Assembly (NCBI GenBank): GCA_031458695.1
Contig: JAVKJW010000006.1
Location: 9,530-73,529, forward strand
DNA: 64,000 bases
Direction: 5' to 3'
From: Candidatus Thermofontivivens primus
Lineage (GTDB): Bacteria > Sysuimicrobiota > Sysuimicrobiia > Sysuimicrobiales > Thermofontiviventaceae
The notes under the pieces were generated by a model. That model saw only the letters and a program-made list of their open reading frames with translations, was not told where the DNA came from and did no database searches. The position numbers and the translations under genes are program-made. Positions within the stretch are counted from its first letter, which is position 1, and each line of letters begins with the position of its first letter. Shown piece by piece: positions 10,078-20,701 of the stretch.

Positions 10078-11187
10078 TTAAGTCTTGCGGGGGACGTTCT
10101 CCTTCAATGCGTGGGCAACCATGTCTCCCATCTGGGAGGTGGAGACGACCTTGTATTCCCCTGCACCCACTGGCGGGAGGAGGTCTCGGGTACGGTAACC
10201 GGCGCTGAGCACGTACGCCACAGCCTCTTCTACTGCCCTCGCCTCTGCTTCAAGGTTACAGGAGTGCCGCAGGAGTAGCGCTACGCTGAGAATCGCCCCA
10301 AGGGGATTGGCGATGCCCTGACCGGCGATATCAGGTGCTGAACCGTGAACTGGTTCATAGAGGGCAGGGGGACTGGCACCGAGGCTAGCGGAGGGGAGGA
10401 GGCCGATGGATCCCACCACACCGGCACCTTCATCGCTCAGGATATCCCCAAACATATTCTCCGTGACGATCACATCGAACCGCGTGGGGCGACGTACCAT
10501 CTCCATGGCACATGCATCCACCAACATGTGCTCAAGCCGGACCTCCGGGTATCCCTTGGCGACCTCGTTGACGACCTCTCGCCATAGCCTTGAGCTTTCT
10601 AAGACGTTCGCCTTGTCCACAGAGGTCACCAACTTCCGGCGCTGCGCGGCGAGGCCAAAGGCCAGGTGGACGACCCGACCAATCTCTTCCTCAGTATATA
10701 TGAGGGTGTCCACAGCCTGGCGCTGTCCATTCCTCTGTGTCCGCTCTTTGGGCTTCCCAAAGTAGAGCCCTCCAGTGAGTTCGCGCACAATCAGGAAGTC
10801 CGTCCCGGACACAACCTCTGGGCGGAGCGGGGAGGCTTCAACGAGAGAAGGATAAGCCACGACTGGACGGAGGTTGGCGTACACTCTGAGGTTCTTCCGA
10901 AGGTCCAGGAGGCCCGTCTCCGGCCTCTGCGCTGACGGCAAGCCATCCCACTTGGGCCCTCCTACGGCCCCAAGAAGAACGGCATCGGCACCGCGGCAGA
11001 GGTCCAGCGTCTCGGGGGGGAGAGGGAATCCTGTGGCATCGACGGCCCTTCCGCCGATCAGCCCCTCAGAGAACCGGAAGGTATGGCCGAAGGAGTCACC
11101 AACCACTTCCAGAACCTTAACGGCCTCTGTAATGACCTCCGGGCCTATCCCGTCGCCTGGGAGAAGAGCAATGGTATATGTGCCCAT
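10078..11187 (-). CDS. leuB: 3-isopropylmalate dehydrogenase
   Basis: [51 protein letters not shown]. Confidence 0.97.
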   Translation of the reverse strand: MGTYTIALLPGDGIGPEVITEAVKVLEVVGDSFGHTFRFSEGLIGGRAVDATGFPLPPETLDLCRGADAVLLGAVGGPKWDGLPSAQRPETGLLDLRKNLRVYANLRPVVAYPSLVEASPLRPEVVSGTDFLIVRELTGGLYFGKPKERTQRNGQRQAVDTLIYTEEEIGRVVHLAFGLAAQRRKLVTSVDKANVLESSRLWREVVNEVAKGYPEVRLEHMLVDACAMEMVRRPTRFDVIVTENMFGDILSDEGAGVVGSIGLLPSASLGASPPALYEPVHGSAPDIAGQGIANPLGAILSVALLLRHSCNLEAEARAVEEAVAYVLSAGYRTRDLLPPVGAGEYKVVSTSQMGDMVAHALKENVPRKT

Positions 11188-11268
11188 GGATCCAGTTTAC
11201 GACTTACACGACACATCGCCTCTCAGAAGGCGCTGGAACAGGAAGAAGCAGGCCTCTTCCCCTGCAGG

Positions 11269-11490
11269 CTAATACACCGCTTGGATGCAGGAAAGTAACC
11301 ATGCGTGAGCCTCTCCCTCTCCCTCGCTGCGAGCCTCCCACGGTGAAGGGATGGAACCCCCTGGGCTGGCTCCGATGGCTGCTCGTACCCCAGAAGTGCC
11401 CTGGACAGGGGCGCCCCATGGGTCGCTCCCACCAGGACTCTTGGGAAAGGTCGAACGTTCACTCGGGCCCCAGTCCCTGGACTTTGGCAT
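11269..11490 (-). CDS. Possible small hypothetical protein (73 aa) between cimA and leuB
   Basis: ATG at 11490 preceded by AGGGAGGTGGAGG. Low-complexity G/S/P-rich product with no recognisable family. Confidence 0.3.
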   Translation of the reverse strand: MPKSRDWGPSERSTFPKSPGGSDPWGAPVQGTSGVRAAIGASPGGSIPSPWEARSEGEGEAHAWLLSCIQAVY

Positions 11491-11581
11491 ATCCTCCACC
11501 TCCCTCTCTCGCATCGACCAGGTAAGTTGACGGACAGATTCTCGCGCCTAAGCCACCTTAGGGCATCCAGAAGGGGTGCCC

Positions 11582-13165
11582 TTAAGGCACAGCCGCGCGG
11601 TTCATCCGCCGGAGGAGGGCATACTCGAGACTATCTGTGAGGGCAAAGAAACTGGCTTCCACAACGTTCTCGGAGACTCCCACCGTTCCCCAGCGGTCAC
11701 GCCCGTCTGTTGTCTCAATCAACACCCTGACCTTCGCGCCTGTAGCTGCCTCTGCGTTGAGGACGCGTACCTTGTAGTCCACCAGACGGACCTCACGGAT
11801 CTCCGGGTAGAACTTCTCAATAGCCTTGCGCAGGGCACGATCGAGGGCGTGGACGGGGCCGTTGCCATCGCTCGCAGTATGCTCCTCCACTTCTCCCACG
11901 CGCACCCGGATCGTCGCCTCTGCCCGGCACCTCCCATCGGGTTCCCACTCTACCACCACCCGAAAACTCCCCACCTCGAACGGAGGCTGATGCCCTCCAA
12001 GGAGGCGCCTCGCCAAGAGCTCAAAGGAGGCCTCTGCTCCTTCAAACTGGTAGCCTGCATGCTCCATCCACTTGATCCGGTCGAGGATCGTGCGCACCTC
12101 TGGGGAGTCACGGGAAAGGTCGAGGCCGATCTCTGCGGCCTTATACAGGATATTCGCCCGTCCGGAGAGGTCTGAGACGATAACCCTGCGCCGGTTCCCC
12201 ACGGCCTCTGGAGGAATGTGCTCGTAGGTATCTGGTGCAGCCATGACTGCGCTCACGTGGACCCCGGCCTTATGGGCGAAGGCGCTGTGCCCTACGTAAG
12301 GCTGCCGATCGAAGGGCGTGCAGTTGGCAACCTCGGCGACGAAGTGACTTGCATCGGTGAGCTGGGCCAGCGCTCCTTCCTCAAGACACTCCAGCCCGAG
12401 CTTCAGGCGCAGGGCGGGGATCACGGAACACAGGTTGGCGTTCCCACAACGCTCCCCATAACCGTTGATGGTCCCCTGGACGTGCACGGCCCCAGCAAGC
12501 ACAGCCTCGATGGTGTTGGCCACAGCACACTCCGCGTCGTTGTGGGAGTGGATCCCCACGGGGTCCCCCACCTCCCTTCGCGTCGCCTCTACAATACTCC
12601 GGATCTCGTGGGGGAGCGTGCCACCGTTCGTGTCGCATAGAACGAGGACCTCCGCCCCACCCTCTCTCGCCGCCTTCAAAGTGGCCAACGCATAGTCGCG
12701 GTTGGCCTTGAACCCATCGAAGTAGTGCTCGGCGTCATAGATGACCTCCCTGCCATGTTTTCGCAGGAAGGCCACCGACTCGCGGATCATGTTCAGGTTC
12801 TCCTCAAGAGTGGTTCGCAGGGCCCTCTGCACGTGGTAGTCCCAGCTCTTGCCAAAGATGGTGACTGCCCGCGTTCCCGCTTCCAGGAGGAGGCGGAGGT
12901 TCTCGTCCGTATCCGCAGGCTTGTGTGGGCGGCGGGTGCTTCCGAAGGCTACAATTTGACTCCGGCTCCAGGTCATCTCTTGCGCGCGTGTAAAGAACTC
13001 CATATCCTTGGGGTTGCTCCCGGGCCATCCGCCCTCAATGTAATCCACGCCCAAATCGTCCAGCCTCCGGGCGATCTTGAGCTTATCCTCCACAGAGAGG
13101 TTAATCCCGGAGCCTTGCGTCCCGTCCCTAAGGGTTGTGTCATAGATCACGATGCGACGCATCAT
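11582..13165 (-). CDS. cimA: (R)-citramalate synthase
   Basis: [52 protein letters not shown] and [10 protein letters not shown] are typical of bacterial CimA. Confidence 0.92.
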   Translation of the reverse strand: MMRRIVIYDTTLRDGTQGSGINLSVEDKLKIARRLDDLGVDYIEGGWPGSNPKDMEFFTRAQEMTWSRSQIVAFGSTRRPHKPADTDENLRLLLEAGTRAVTIFGKSWDYHVQRALRTTLEENLNMIRESVAFLRKHGREVIYDAEHYFDGFKANRDYALATLKAAREGGAEVLVLCDTNGGTLPHEIRSIVEATRREVGDPVGIHSHNDAECAVANTIEAVLAGAVHVQGTINGYGERCGNANLCSVIPALRLKLGLECLEEGALAQLTDASHFVAEVANCTPFDRQPYVGHSAFAHKAGVHVSAVMAAPDTYEHIPPEAVGNRRRVIVSDLSGRANILYKAAEIGLDLSRDSPEVRTILDRIKWMEHAGYQFEGAEASFELLARRLLGGHQPPFEVGSFRVVVEWEPDGRCRAEATIRVRVGEVEEHTASDGNGPVHALDRALRKAIEKFYPEIREVRLVDYKVRVLNAEAATGAKVRVLIETTDGRDRWGTVGVSENVVEASFFALTDSLEYALLRRMNRAAVP

Positions 13166-13230
13166 AGCCTCCCTCTAGGACATCCATCGACAGTGACCCA
13201 TCCAACATTGGCGCTAGGCTTTGGGTCTTC

Positions 13231-13746
13231 TTACAAACCCTGAACACCCCTCCCTGCCTGCAGCTGTTCCCGCACGTAGTTGATCAGACCACCCACCTGG
13301 AGCAACCGCAGCATGAATGGAGGAATCGCATGGGCGTGGTAGAGTTGACCCTTGGTGAGGTTGTGGATCGTTCCCGCAGCGAGGTCCACTTCCAGCTCAT
13401 CCCCAGTCTCCGTTCCATCCACGGCCTCGGGGCACTCCAAGAGGGGAAGCCCGATGTTGAAACTGTTCCGGTAAAAGATACGCGCGAAGGACTTTGCCAA
13501 GACGCACCGCACCCCGAGGGCCTGGATGGCAATGGGGGCGTGCTCCCGTGAGCTCCCCTGCCCGAAGTTCTCTCCAGCGACTACGATGTCCCCTGGCTGG
13601 ATCTGTTCATGCAGCGTCGGGTCCAGGTCTTCGAAGCAATGCCTGGCAAGTTCCTGGGGGTCCGTCGTGACCAGGTACCGTGCAGGGATGATCACATCGG
13701 TGTCAATATGGTCTCCAAGTTTCCACGCCTTCCCTCGGTAACGCAT
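13231..13746 (-). CDS. leuD: 3-isopropylmalate dehydratase small subunit
   Basis: GDHIDTDVIIPARYL, NFGQGSSREHA, SFARIFYRN. Confidence 0.95.
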   Translation of the reverse strand: MRYRGKAWKLGDHIDTDVIIPARYLVTTDPQELARHCFEDLDPTLHEQIQPGDIVVAGENFGQGSSREHAPIAIQALGVRCVLAKSFARIFYRNSFNIGLPLLECPEAVDGTETGDELEVDLAAGTIHNLTKGQLYHAHAIPPFMLRLLQVGGLINYVREQLQAGRGVQGL

Positions 13747-13759
13747 CCTCTTGAACCTC

Positions 13760-15043
13760 CTACCTCCCTACCGCTACTCTCTTGACAACCTCATCTGGGT
13801 GCGCGATACGTCCCAGGACTGCAGACGCGGCGGCCACTGCAGGGCTGCTCAGGTACGCCTCGCTCTTAGGATGACCCATGCGACCGATGAAGTTGCGGCT
13901 GCTCGTAGAGATACACCGCTCTCCTTCCCCGAGGACACCCATATGGCCCCCAATGCACGGGCCGCACCCGGGAGTGCCTACGGCCGCCCCTGCGTCTAAG
14001 AAGATCTTGATCAGGCCTTCCTCTAGTGCCTGCCGGTAGATCCGGGGGGTCGCCGGGATGATAATGAGCCGGACATGCGGGTGGACAGTTTGGCCTTCTA
14101 GGACCCTTGCGGCAAGACGGAGGTCCTCGATGCGTCCGTTGGTACATGTACCGATGAAGGCCTGGTCGATCTCAATATGCCGCGCCTCCCAAACAGGTAC
14201 TACATTCCCGGGAGAGGGATGCATGGCCACCACTGGCTCGAGGTGAGAACAATCGATCACGGTATTCGAGGCATACTCTGCGTCCGGGTCAGAGCGATAG
14301 ACCTTCCACGGTCGCTTTGCTCTCGGCCGCACCCACTCGAGAGTGACCTCGTCTGGGTTCATGATCCCATTCTTCGCCCCCGCCTCCACGGCCATATTGG
14401 TGAGGGTGAACCGCTGGTCCATAGAGAGCTGCGCCAGGGCGGGTCCGGTAAACTCCATAGCCCGGTACCGCGCCCCGTCCACACCGATCCTTCCGATGAT
14501 CCACAGGATAAGGTCTTTCCCTGTCACCCAGGGCTTGAGCTCGCCCACGAACTCAAAACGCATGCTCTCAGGAACTTTAAACCATAGGCGGCCCGTCGCC
14601 ATGGCTGCCGCTAGGTCCGTGCTCCCCACGCCGGTGGCGAAGGCGCCCAGGGCCCCGTGGTTGACGGTATGCGAGTCCGCTCCCACAAAGAGATCCCCTG
14701 GGACTACAAGCCCTTCCTCAGCTAGGAGGACGTGCGCGACGCCCATCCGACCGATCTCGTAGTACCAGGGGATCTCCTGCTCCCGCGCAAACGCCCGTAG
14801 GATCATGCACTGCTCCGCCGCGCGGATGTCCTTGTTAGGCGCATAGTGGTCAGGGACGAGGGCTACCTTGTTCCTGTCAAATACCTTCTCCACCCTGAGC
14901 TTCTCGAACTCGCGGATGGCCAATGGAGCGGTGATGTCATTGGCGAACAGGAAGTCAACCTCGCACTCCACGAGCTCCCCGGGCCGCACGCGGTCGACTC
15001 CCGCATGGGCGGCGAGGATCTTCTCGGTAATGGTCATCCCCAT
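13760..15043 (-). CDS. leuC: 3-isopropylmalate dehydratase large subunit (type 2, homoaconitase-like clade)
   Basis: MGMTITEKIL, GADSHT, FIGTCTNGRIEDL, PGCGPCIG, RNFIGRMG. Confidence 0.95.
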   Translation of the reverse strand: MGMTITEKILAAHAGVDRVRPGELVECEVDFLFANDITAPLAIREFEKLRVEKVFDRNKVALVPDHYAPNKDIRAAEQCMILRAFAREQEIPWYYEIGRMGVAHVLLAEEGLVVPGDLFVGADSHTVNHGALGAFATGVGSTDLAAAMATGRLWFKVPESMRFEFVGELKPWVTGKDLILWIIGRIGVDGARYRAMEFTGPALAQLSMDQRFTLTNMAVEAGAKNGIMNPDEVTLEWVRPRAKRPWKVYRSDPDAEYASNTVIDCSHLEPVVAMHPSPGNVVPVWEARHIEIDQAFIGTCTNGRIEDLRLAARVLEGQTVHPHVRLIIIPATPRIYRQALEEGLIKIFLDAGAAVGTPGCGPCIGGHMGVLGEGERCISTSSRNFIGRMGHPKSEAYLSSPAVAAASAVLGRIAHPDEVVKRVAVGR

Positions 15044-15064
15044 ATGTGTACCTCCTCGCGGGTT

Positions 15065-16615
15065 CTATCCTTCCTTGTTCCAGGAGCTAGCCGCTACCAT
15101 CCAGGCCTTCCTCCGCTCCAGGAGCTTGTTCAATGCATGGATGTAGGCCTTTGCACTTGCTTCTAGGACATCGGTGCTGCTTGCCCGTCCGATCGCCAGC
15201 TCGTTCCCGTCGCGGAGCTTCACGACGGCTTCGCCCAGAGCATCGCTCCCACCGGTAACGGCGCGAACGGTGTAGTCTACCAGCTGCGGTTGCTCCCCGG
15301 CGATCTTGTTCATGGCCGCGAATAGCGCATCCACCGGACCGTCGCCGGAGGCCGTTTCCTTGAACTCTTGCCCCCCGCGGGTGAGAACGACGGTGGCAAG
15401 GGGCGTCCCACGGGTCTCCGTGGTCACGTGGAAGTATTCGAGTTGGTAAACCCGAGGGGCCACATGGAGCTCCTCCTCCACAAGGGTCACAATGTCCTCA
15501 ATCTCCACCCGCTTCTTGCGGTCCGCGAGCTCTTTGAACCGGGCAAAGGTGCGGTTGATCTCTTCCTCACTCAGGCTGTACCCCAGGTCGTCCAGGACCT
15601 TTCGAAAGGCGTGGCGCCCGGAGTGTTTCCCCATCACGAATTTGTTCGTAGGAAGGCCAATAGACTCGGGGGTCATGATTTCATAGGTCCGGCGGTCCTG
15701 GAGCACGCCGTGCTGGTGGATCCCTGCTTCGTGGGCAAAGGCATTCTCCCCCACCACTGCTTTATTTGGCTGGACATCGATCCCGGTGATGGCGCAGAGG
15801 AGCCGGCTCGTGCGATAGATCTGGGTGGTGTCCAGGTTGATTGAGAGCCCATAGACATCGCGCCGGGTGTAGAGCGCCATGGCAACCTCCTCAAGGGCTA
15901 CATTGCCGGCACGCTCGCCAATGCCGTTGATTGTTCCCTCAACCTGCCTGGCTCCAGCCCGCAGCCCGCTGAGCGTATTCGCCGTGGCCAGCCCGAGGTC
16001 GTTGTGACAGTGCACGCTGACAATCACCCGGTCCATCCCGGGGACCCGCTCGATGAGCGTACGGATAAGCTCTCCAAATTCTTCAGGAGTGGCATACCCA
16101 ACGGTATCGGGAACGTTGATGACAGTTGCCCCGGCCTTGATCGCAGCCTCAAAGACGCGGCACAGAAAGTCCACCTCTGATCGCGTAGCGTCCTCAGCGG
16201 AGAACTCCACGTCGTCACATAGGTTCCGGGCAAACCGGACGGCTTCTCGTGCTGCCTCCAGAACTTGGTCGGGGCGCATGCGGAGTTTCTTCTCCATGTG
16301 GATGGGAGAAGTAGCGATGAAGGTGTGGATGCGCGGGCGCTCCGCGTACTTCACGCCTTCCCATGCCACCTCGATGTCCTTTTGGTTCGCCCTCGCCAGG
16401 GCCGCGATCACCGGCCCCCGCACCTCCCTCGCGACGAGCTGTACGGCCTCCAGATCCCCTGGAGAGGAAATGGGGAACCCCGCTTCGATCACGTCTACAC
16501 GCAAGCGGGCAAGTTGACGAGCCATCTCCAGCTTCTCCTCGGCGTTCATGGAGAACCCAGGCGATTGCTCGCCATCTCTTAGGGTCGTATCGAAGAAGTA
16601 GACGCGATCTCCCAT
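15065..16615 (-). CDS. leuA: 2-isopropylmalate synthase
   Basis: [38 protein letters not shown] and a C-terminal regulatory domain (GDGPVDA). Start at ATG 16615 behind GGAGGT. Confidence 0.96.
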   Translation of the reverse strand: MGDRVYFFDTTLRDGEQSPGFSMNAEEKLEMARQLARLRVDVIEAGFPISSPGDLEAVQLVAREVRGPVIAALARANQKDIEVAWEGVKYAERPRIHTFIATSPIHMEKKLRMRPDQVLEAAREAVRFARNLCDDVEFSAEDATRSEVDFLCRVFEAAIKAGATVINVPDTVGYATPEEFGELIRTLIERVPGMDRVIVSVHCHNDLGLATANTLSGLRAGARQVEGTINGIGERAGNVALEEVAMALYTRRDVYGLSINLDTTQIYRTSRLLCAITGIDVQPNKAVVGENAFAHEAGIHQHGVLQDRRTYEIMTPESIGLPTNKFVMGKHSGRHAFRKVLDDLGYSLSEEEINRTFARFKELADRKKRVEIEDIVTLVEEELHVAPRVYQLEYFHVTTETRGTPLATVVLTRGGQEFKETASGDGPVDALFAAMNKIAGEQPQLVDYTVRAVTGGSDALGEAVVKLRDGNELAIGRASSTDVLEASAKAYIHALNKLLERRKAWMVAASSWNKEG

Positions 16616-16681
16616 ACAACTACACCTCCACTCCCCGCGTTCTTCAGGCAAAGCCTTCGACGGTTGCCAGGGGTTCCTTCC

Positions 16682-17713
16682 TCATCTCTGAACGCCTGTC
16701 TGCGCCTTGGCCTTCTCAGCTGGGCCTTTTAGCCACGGCATCATCTCACGCAAGCGTCGGCCAACCTCCTCGATGGGATGCTGCGCCTCCTGGCGGCGTC
16801 GGGCATTGAGGACGGGACACCCTGCTTGGTTTTCCAAGATCCACTCCCGGGCGAACTCTCCGGACTGGATCTCTCGCAGGAGCTGACGCATGGTCTCCCG
16901 GGTTTGTTCCGTGATGATCCGCTTCCCCCTCGTCAGATCCCCGTACTCGGCGGTGTTGCTCACCGAATAGCGCATCCAGGAGAGTCCCCCTTCGTAGATG
17001 AGGTCCACAATGAGCTTGAGCTCGTTCAGGCACTCAAAGTAGGCGATCTCTGGCTGGTACCCTGCCTCCACGAGGGTCTCGAAGCCCGCCTTGATGAGCT
17101 CTGTAACACCCCCGCAGAGCACAGCTTGTTCCCCGAAAAGGTCGGTCTCTACTTCTTCTTTGAAAGTCGTTTCGATGACCCCAGCCCTCGTACAACCGAT
17201 GGCTTGAGCGTAGGCGAGTGCAATCTCCTTTGCTCTCCCTGTAGCGTCCTGGTAGACTGCCAGGAGTCCGGGTACGCCCTTTCCCTCCACGAACATGCGG
17301 CGGAGGAGGTGGCCGGGGCTCTTGGGCGCAACCAGGAAGACATCCACATCTGGAGGAGGAGTGACCTGGTTGAAGTGGATGGAGAAGGCATGCGACACCC
17401 CGAGAGCCTTGCCCGGGCGGAGGTAGGGGCCGATCTCTTTCCGGTAGAGCTCTGCGTGAACTTCGTCGGGCACAAGGATCTGGACAATGTCCGCGGTCTC
17501 AACAGCCTCATGCACAGTCTTCACCTGGAGACCATCGGCCTCCGCCTTTCCCCACGAGGGGCTCCCCCGGTAAAGTCCCACCACCACACGCACGCCACTA
17601 TCCCGCAGGTTCTGGGCGTGCGCGTGTCCTTGGCTCCCATACCCGATGACCGCGACAGTCCGTCCCTTGAGGACCTCTGGATTCACATCCTGATCGTAAT
17701 AAACCCTGGCCAT
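16682..17713 (-). CDS. ilvC: Ketol-acid reductoisomerase
   Basis: [43 protein letters not shown]. Confidence 0.97.
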   Translation of the reverse strand: MARVYYDQDVNPEVLKGRTVAVIGYGSQGHAHAQNLRDSGVRVVVGLYRGSPSWGKAEADGLQVKTVHEAVETADIVQILVPDEVHAELYRKEIGPYLRPGKALGVSHAFSIHFNQVTPPPDVDVFLVAPKSPGHLLRRMFVEGKGVPGLLAVYQDATGRAKEIALAYAQAIGCTRAGVIETTFKEEVETDLFGEQAVLCGGVTELIKAGFETLVEAGYQPEIAYFECLNELKLIVDLIYEGGLSWMRYSVSNTAEYGDLTRGKRIITEQTRETMRQLLREIQSGEFAREWILENQAGCPVLNARRRQEAQHPIEEVGRRLREMMPWLKGPAEKAKAQTGVQR

Positions 17714-17745
17714 GGCTCACCTCCATGCATGTGATATCCATTGTG

Positions 17746-18237
17746 TTATGTCGTTTGCACTCCCCGCACCAGGGTTACCTGGCCGGTACGGACCATCTCC
17801 CGGATGCCGTGCTTGCGGAGGAGTTGAATGATGGCATCGATCTTCTCGCCCTTTCCCGTTACCTCCAAGGTCATGGTCTTCTCGGAGACATCCACCACAT
17901 TTGCCCGGAAGATGCTGGCAACCTCCATGATCTCCGCGCGCGTTCCCGGAGTAGCATTGACCTTAACCAGCGCGAGCTCGCGATCCACAGTGTGGTGGTT
18001 GGTGACATCGTTCACCCGGAGGACTTCAACGAGCTTGTTGAGTTGTTTGATGATCTGTTCCGTCTCCTCTGGGCCTGCCTCCACAACTGTCACGATCCGG
18101 GAGACCTCGGGGTTCTCCGTGATCCCGACGGCGAGGCTGTGGATGTTGTACCCACGCCTCCGGAAAAGGCCAGCCACCTTGGCGAGAACGCCAGGCTGAT
18201 TCTCCACCAGGATGGAGAGCGTCCGGCGCGTCACCAT
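17746..18237 (-). CDS. ilvN: Acetolactate synthase small (regulatory) subunit
   Basis: LVENQPGVLAKVAGLFRRRGYNI, EQIIKQLNKL, RELALVKV. Confidence 0.95.
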   Translation of the reverse strand: MVTRRTLSILVENQPGVLAKVAGLFRRRGYNIHSLAVGITENPEVSRIVTVVEAGPEETEQIIKQLNKLVEVLRVNDVTNHHTVDRELALVKVNATPGTRAEIMEVASIFRANVVDVSEKTMTLEVTGKGEKIDAIIQLLRKHGIREMVRTGQVTLVRGVQTT

Positions 18238-18295
18238 GGTTCTCTCACCCCCGCGTGGGAGGATCCGTTGGGTCTCGACGAATGTCTGGGAGCTC

Positions 18296-20014
18296 CTAGT
18301 CAAGGTCGAGGATCATCTCCTTTACAGACTGCCCTGAGGGGATCATCGGGAAACAGTTCTCCTCCGGATCCACGTGGCAATCTACCACCACGGGGCGGTC
18401 CTCGATCTCCATCGCTCTGAAGATCGCAGGTTCCACCTCCTCGGGGTGACGGACAGAGATCCCTTCTGCCCCAAACGATGCAGCAACCCTGGCAAAATCC
18501 GGGTTCTTCAGCCAAACGTGAGAGTAACGCCTGTGGTAGAACAGCTCCTGCCACTGGCGCACCATCCCCAAAGAGCCGTTATTGATGATGAACAACTTCA
18601 ATGGCATCTTCCACTCCACTGCTGTGGCAAGGTCTTGGATGGTCATCTGGAAACCACCATCTCCAAGAATCGCCACAACAGGCTTATTGGGGCGGGCGAA
18701 CCAAGCGCCCATAGCAGCGGGAAAGCCAAAACCCATTGCCCCAAGGCCGCCTGAGGTGATGAACGTTCTGGGCTCACGGCAGAGGAAGAACTGAGCAGCC
18801 CACATCTGGTGCTGGCCAACGTCTGTTGTCACCACTGCCCTGCCACCCCAGGCCCGGGAGAGCAGGTCGATGACAAACTGGGGCTTGGGGATGTCGCTGC
18901 TCTGGCGGTACCGCAAAGGGTACTTCCTGCGCCACTCCTCAATCTGCTTATGCCACGGCTCGATGTCCTGGGGAGGCTGGACCATCTCCAGAAGCACCTG
19001 GAGCACACGCTTCGCATCCCCCACGATGGGGATGTGGGCAGGTTTGTTCTTGCCGATCTCCGCTGGGTCAATGTCAATGTGAATGATTGTCGCCTCAGGG
19101 GCGAAGTCCTTGAGGCGGCCTGTTACCCGGTCATCGAACCGAGCGCCTACAGCGATGATGAGGTCGGAGGTGTTAATGGCATAGTTCGCGTAAGCCGTCC
19201 CGTGCATTCCAAGCATTCCCAGGCAGAGGGGGTGGTCATCGGGGAATGCTCCCTTGGCCATAAGGGTATAGGTCACAGGGATGCGGGTGCGTTCTGCAAG
19301 CTCTCGAACTTCAGGGCTTGCATTCGAGATGATCACCCCACCGCCGATGTACAGGATGGGTTTTCGAGAGGAAGCAATCGCCCGCGCGGCGTTGGCGATC
19401 TGATTGACGTTTCCTTCCGTCACCGGGCGGTACCCCCGGATGCTGATCTCCTCAGGAAACGTGAATTCCATTTCCACCTGCTGCAAATCCCGGGGAACAT
19501 CCACCAGCACAGGACCGGGACGCCCTGTGCGGGCCAAGTAGAAAGCCTTGCGGATCACCTCAGGGATCTCCTCAGCGCGGCGGATGAGGAAGTTGTGCTT
19601 TGTAATGGGAAGGGTGATCCCTGTCACATCGGCTTCCTGGAAGGCATCCCGACCGATGACCGCTGTGGGAACCTGCCCAGTGATGGCCACGACCGCTGTA
19701 GAGTCCATGTACGCGTCCGCAATGCCCGTGACAAGGTTCGTTGCCCCTGGGCCAGAGGTAGCCATGCACACGCCGACCTTGCCCGAGGCCACCGCGTACC
19801 CTTTGGCTGCGTGGGCAGCGACCTGTTCGTGCCGCACAAGCACGTGCAGGATCTCCGGCACGTCATAGAGGGCATCGTAGAGAGGCAAGGAAGCGCCTCC
19901 TGGGTGTCCGAAGACCACTTCTACTCCCTCCCTCCGGAGGGCCTCGATGAGTGCCTGTGCGCCTTTCATCTTGGTCGTAGGCGTCGATTTCGCCATCACA
20001 GATACCTCGGGCAT
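18296..20014 (-). CDS. ilvB: Acetolactate synthase large subunit (start codon uncertain: 20020, 20014 or 19996)
   Basis: VRHEQ, ATSGPGATN, DVGQHQMW, TPP motif GDGGFQM...NN, LGMVRQWQ. Confidence 0.96.
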   Translation of the reverse strand: MPEVSVMAKSTPTTKMKGAQALIEALRREGVEVVFGHPGGASLPLYDALYDVPEILHVLVRHEQVAAHAAKGYAVASGKVGVCMATSGPGATNLVTGIADAYMDSTAVVAITGQVPTAVIGRDAFQEADVTGITLPITKHNFLIRRAEEIPEVIRKAFYLARTGRPGPVLVDVPRDLQQVEMEFTFPEEISIRGYRPVTEGNVNQIANAARAIASSRKPILYIGGGVIISNASPEVRELAERTRIPVTYTLMAKGAFPDDHPLCLGMLGMHGTAYANYAINTSDLIIAVGARFDDRVTGRLKDFAPEATIIHIDIDPAEIGKNKPAHIPIVGDAKRVLQVLLEMVQPPQDIEPWHKQIEEWRRKYPLRYRQSSDIPKPQFVIDLLSRAWGGRAVVTTDVGQHQMWAAQFFLCREPRTFITSGGLGAMGFGFPAAMGAWFARPNKPVVAILGDGGFQMTIQDLATAVEWKMPLKLFIINNGSLGMVRQWQELFYHRRYSHVWLKNPDFARVAASFGAEGISVRHPEEVEPAIFRAMEIEDRPVVVDCHVDPEENCFPMIPSGQSVKEMILDLD

Positions 20015-20142
20015 TACCATCCCTCCCCTGGTTCCGGGTTTAAGTCTGTCGAGTTGGTCAGTCAGGTCCATCGTGTCCGTTGGGCTTAAGAATCCCACGA
20101 CCCCTAAGGAACCTGCTTGCTCGTGACCCGCACAACCTTTGC

Positions 20143-20454
20143 AAGAAACGCAGCGGGGGCGCTCCGTCCTAAGGACGGGTCACCCCCGCGGTACCACCTT
20201 AGTTCCCGGATAGGCACATCCGGGCCCTCTTTCCCCATCTATCGGGGGGAACCGACAGGTCCTACCTCCGTGGATGAACAATCCTACGGCTTCGAACCTG
20301 CAGCTCAGGGGCGAGTTTCAACAGCGCTGGATGCCGGCTTCAGTACCCCTCAAAGAGGTCCCCAGCAACATCTCTGAGAGATCCTGCTAGGTGACCTATC
20401 ACCCTCTCCCGGCTCGCTGCGATCCAGCCACTATCTACTACTCCCCATCATCGC
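20143..20454 (-). ncRNA. T-box leader, leucine-specific (CUC specifier), upstream of ilvB
   Basis: GA motif/AGUA (GAUGAUGGGGAGUAGUA), AG bulge (AGCGA), specifier GAAA-CUC-G-CCCC (CUC at 20315-20313). Antiterminator CUAAGG-UGGUACC-GCGGG...CCCGU-CCUUAG (bulge 20196-20190; UGGU fits a tRNA A73 discriminator). Competing CCGUCC/GGACGG hairpin with a weak U-tract. Confidence 0.92.
20343..20398. repeat. 56-bp palindromic repeat copy inside T-box Stem I
   Basis: GTACCCCTCAAAGAGGTCCCCAGCAACATCTCTGAGAGATCCTGCTAGGTGACCTA is flanked by TCA on both sides (20340-20342 and 20399-20401) and resembles the copies at 41144-41235 and 33848-33947. Confidence 0.7.
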
Positions 20455-20489
20455 CAGGATTCCGTGATTCTTTTTTCGCCCGTAGGTAT

Positions 20490-20604
20490 AAAAAGACCCG
20501 AGAAGATAGGCCAGACTCCCTTCCCCTATGAGGAAAGGAATGAATCCTGCGAACCAGGAACCACCCTCTCCCCGGTGAGCTCCAGGAGGAACCTACCCCT
20601 CAGG
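20490..20604 (-). terminator. Branched intrinsic terminator (expression platform of the ilvB ykkC riboswitch)
   Basis: CCUGAGGGGUAGG pairs with CCUAUCUUCUCGGG followed by UCUUUUU. The arms are separated by about 80 nt containing small hairpins. Confidence 0.65.
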
Positions 20605-20701
20605 CTTTTATCCTGACGGTGTAACGGATCCCCACGAACCCGCCTGCACCGCTTGGTCCAGTCCGACCCTTTTGGGATCGCGGAACCCTAGGTGCACTTC
20701 C
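20588..20701 (-). ncRNA. ykkC-family riboswitch aptamer, probable ppGpp subtype (2a), in tandem upstream of the Leu T-box
   Basis: GGAAGUGCACCUAGGGUUCCG...CUGGACCAAGCGGUGCA...ACACCGUCAGGAUAAAAGCCUGAGGGGUAGGUUCC. Covarying pairs relative to the 9881-9999 copy (GUGC/GCAC to GCAC/GUGC; CGGG/CCCG to CAGG/CCUG). Confidence 0.9.

Noticed and set aside
16778..17734. 318-aa plus-strand ORF
   Set aside because: Antisense shadow of ilvC.
18809..20089. 426-aa plus-strand ORF
   Set aside because: Antisense shadow of ilvB in GC-rich DNA with no recognisable motifs.
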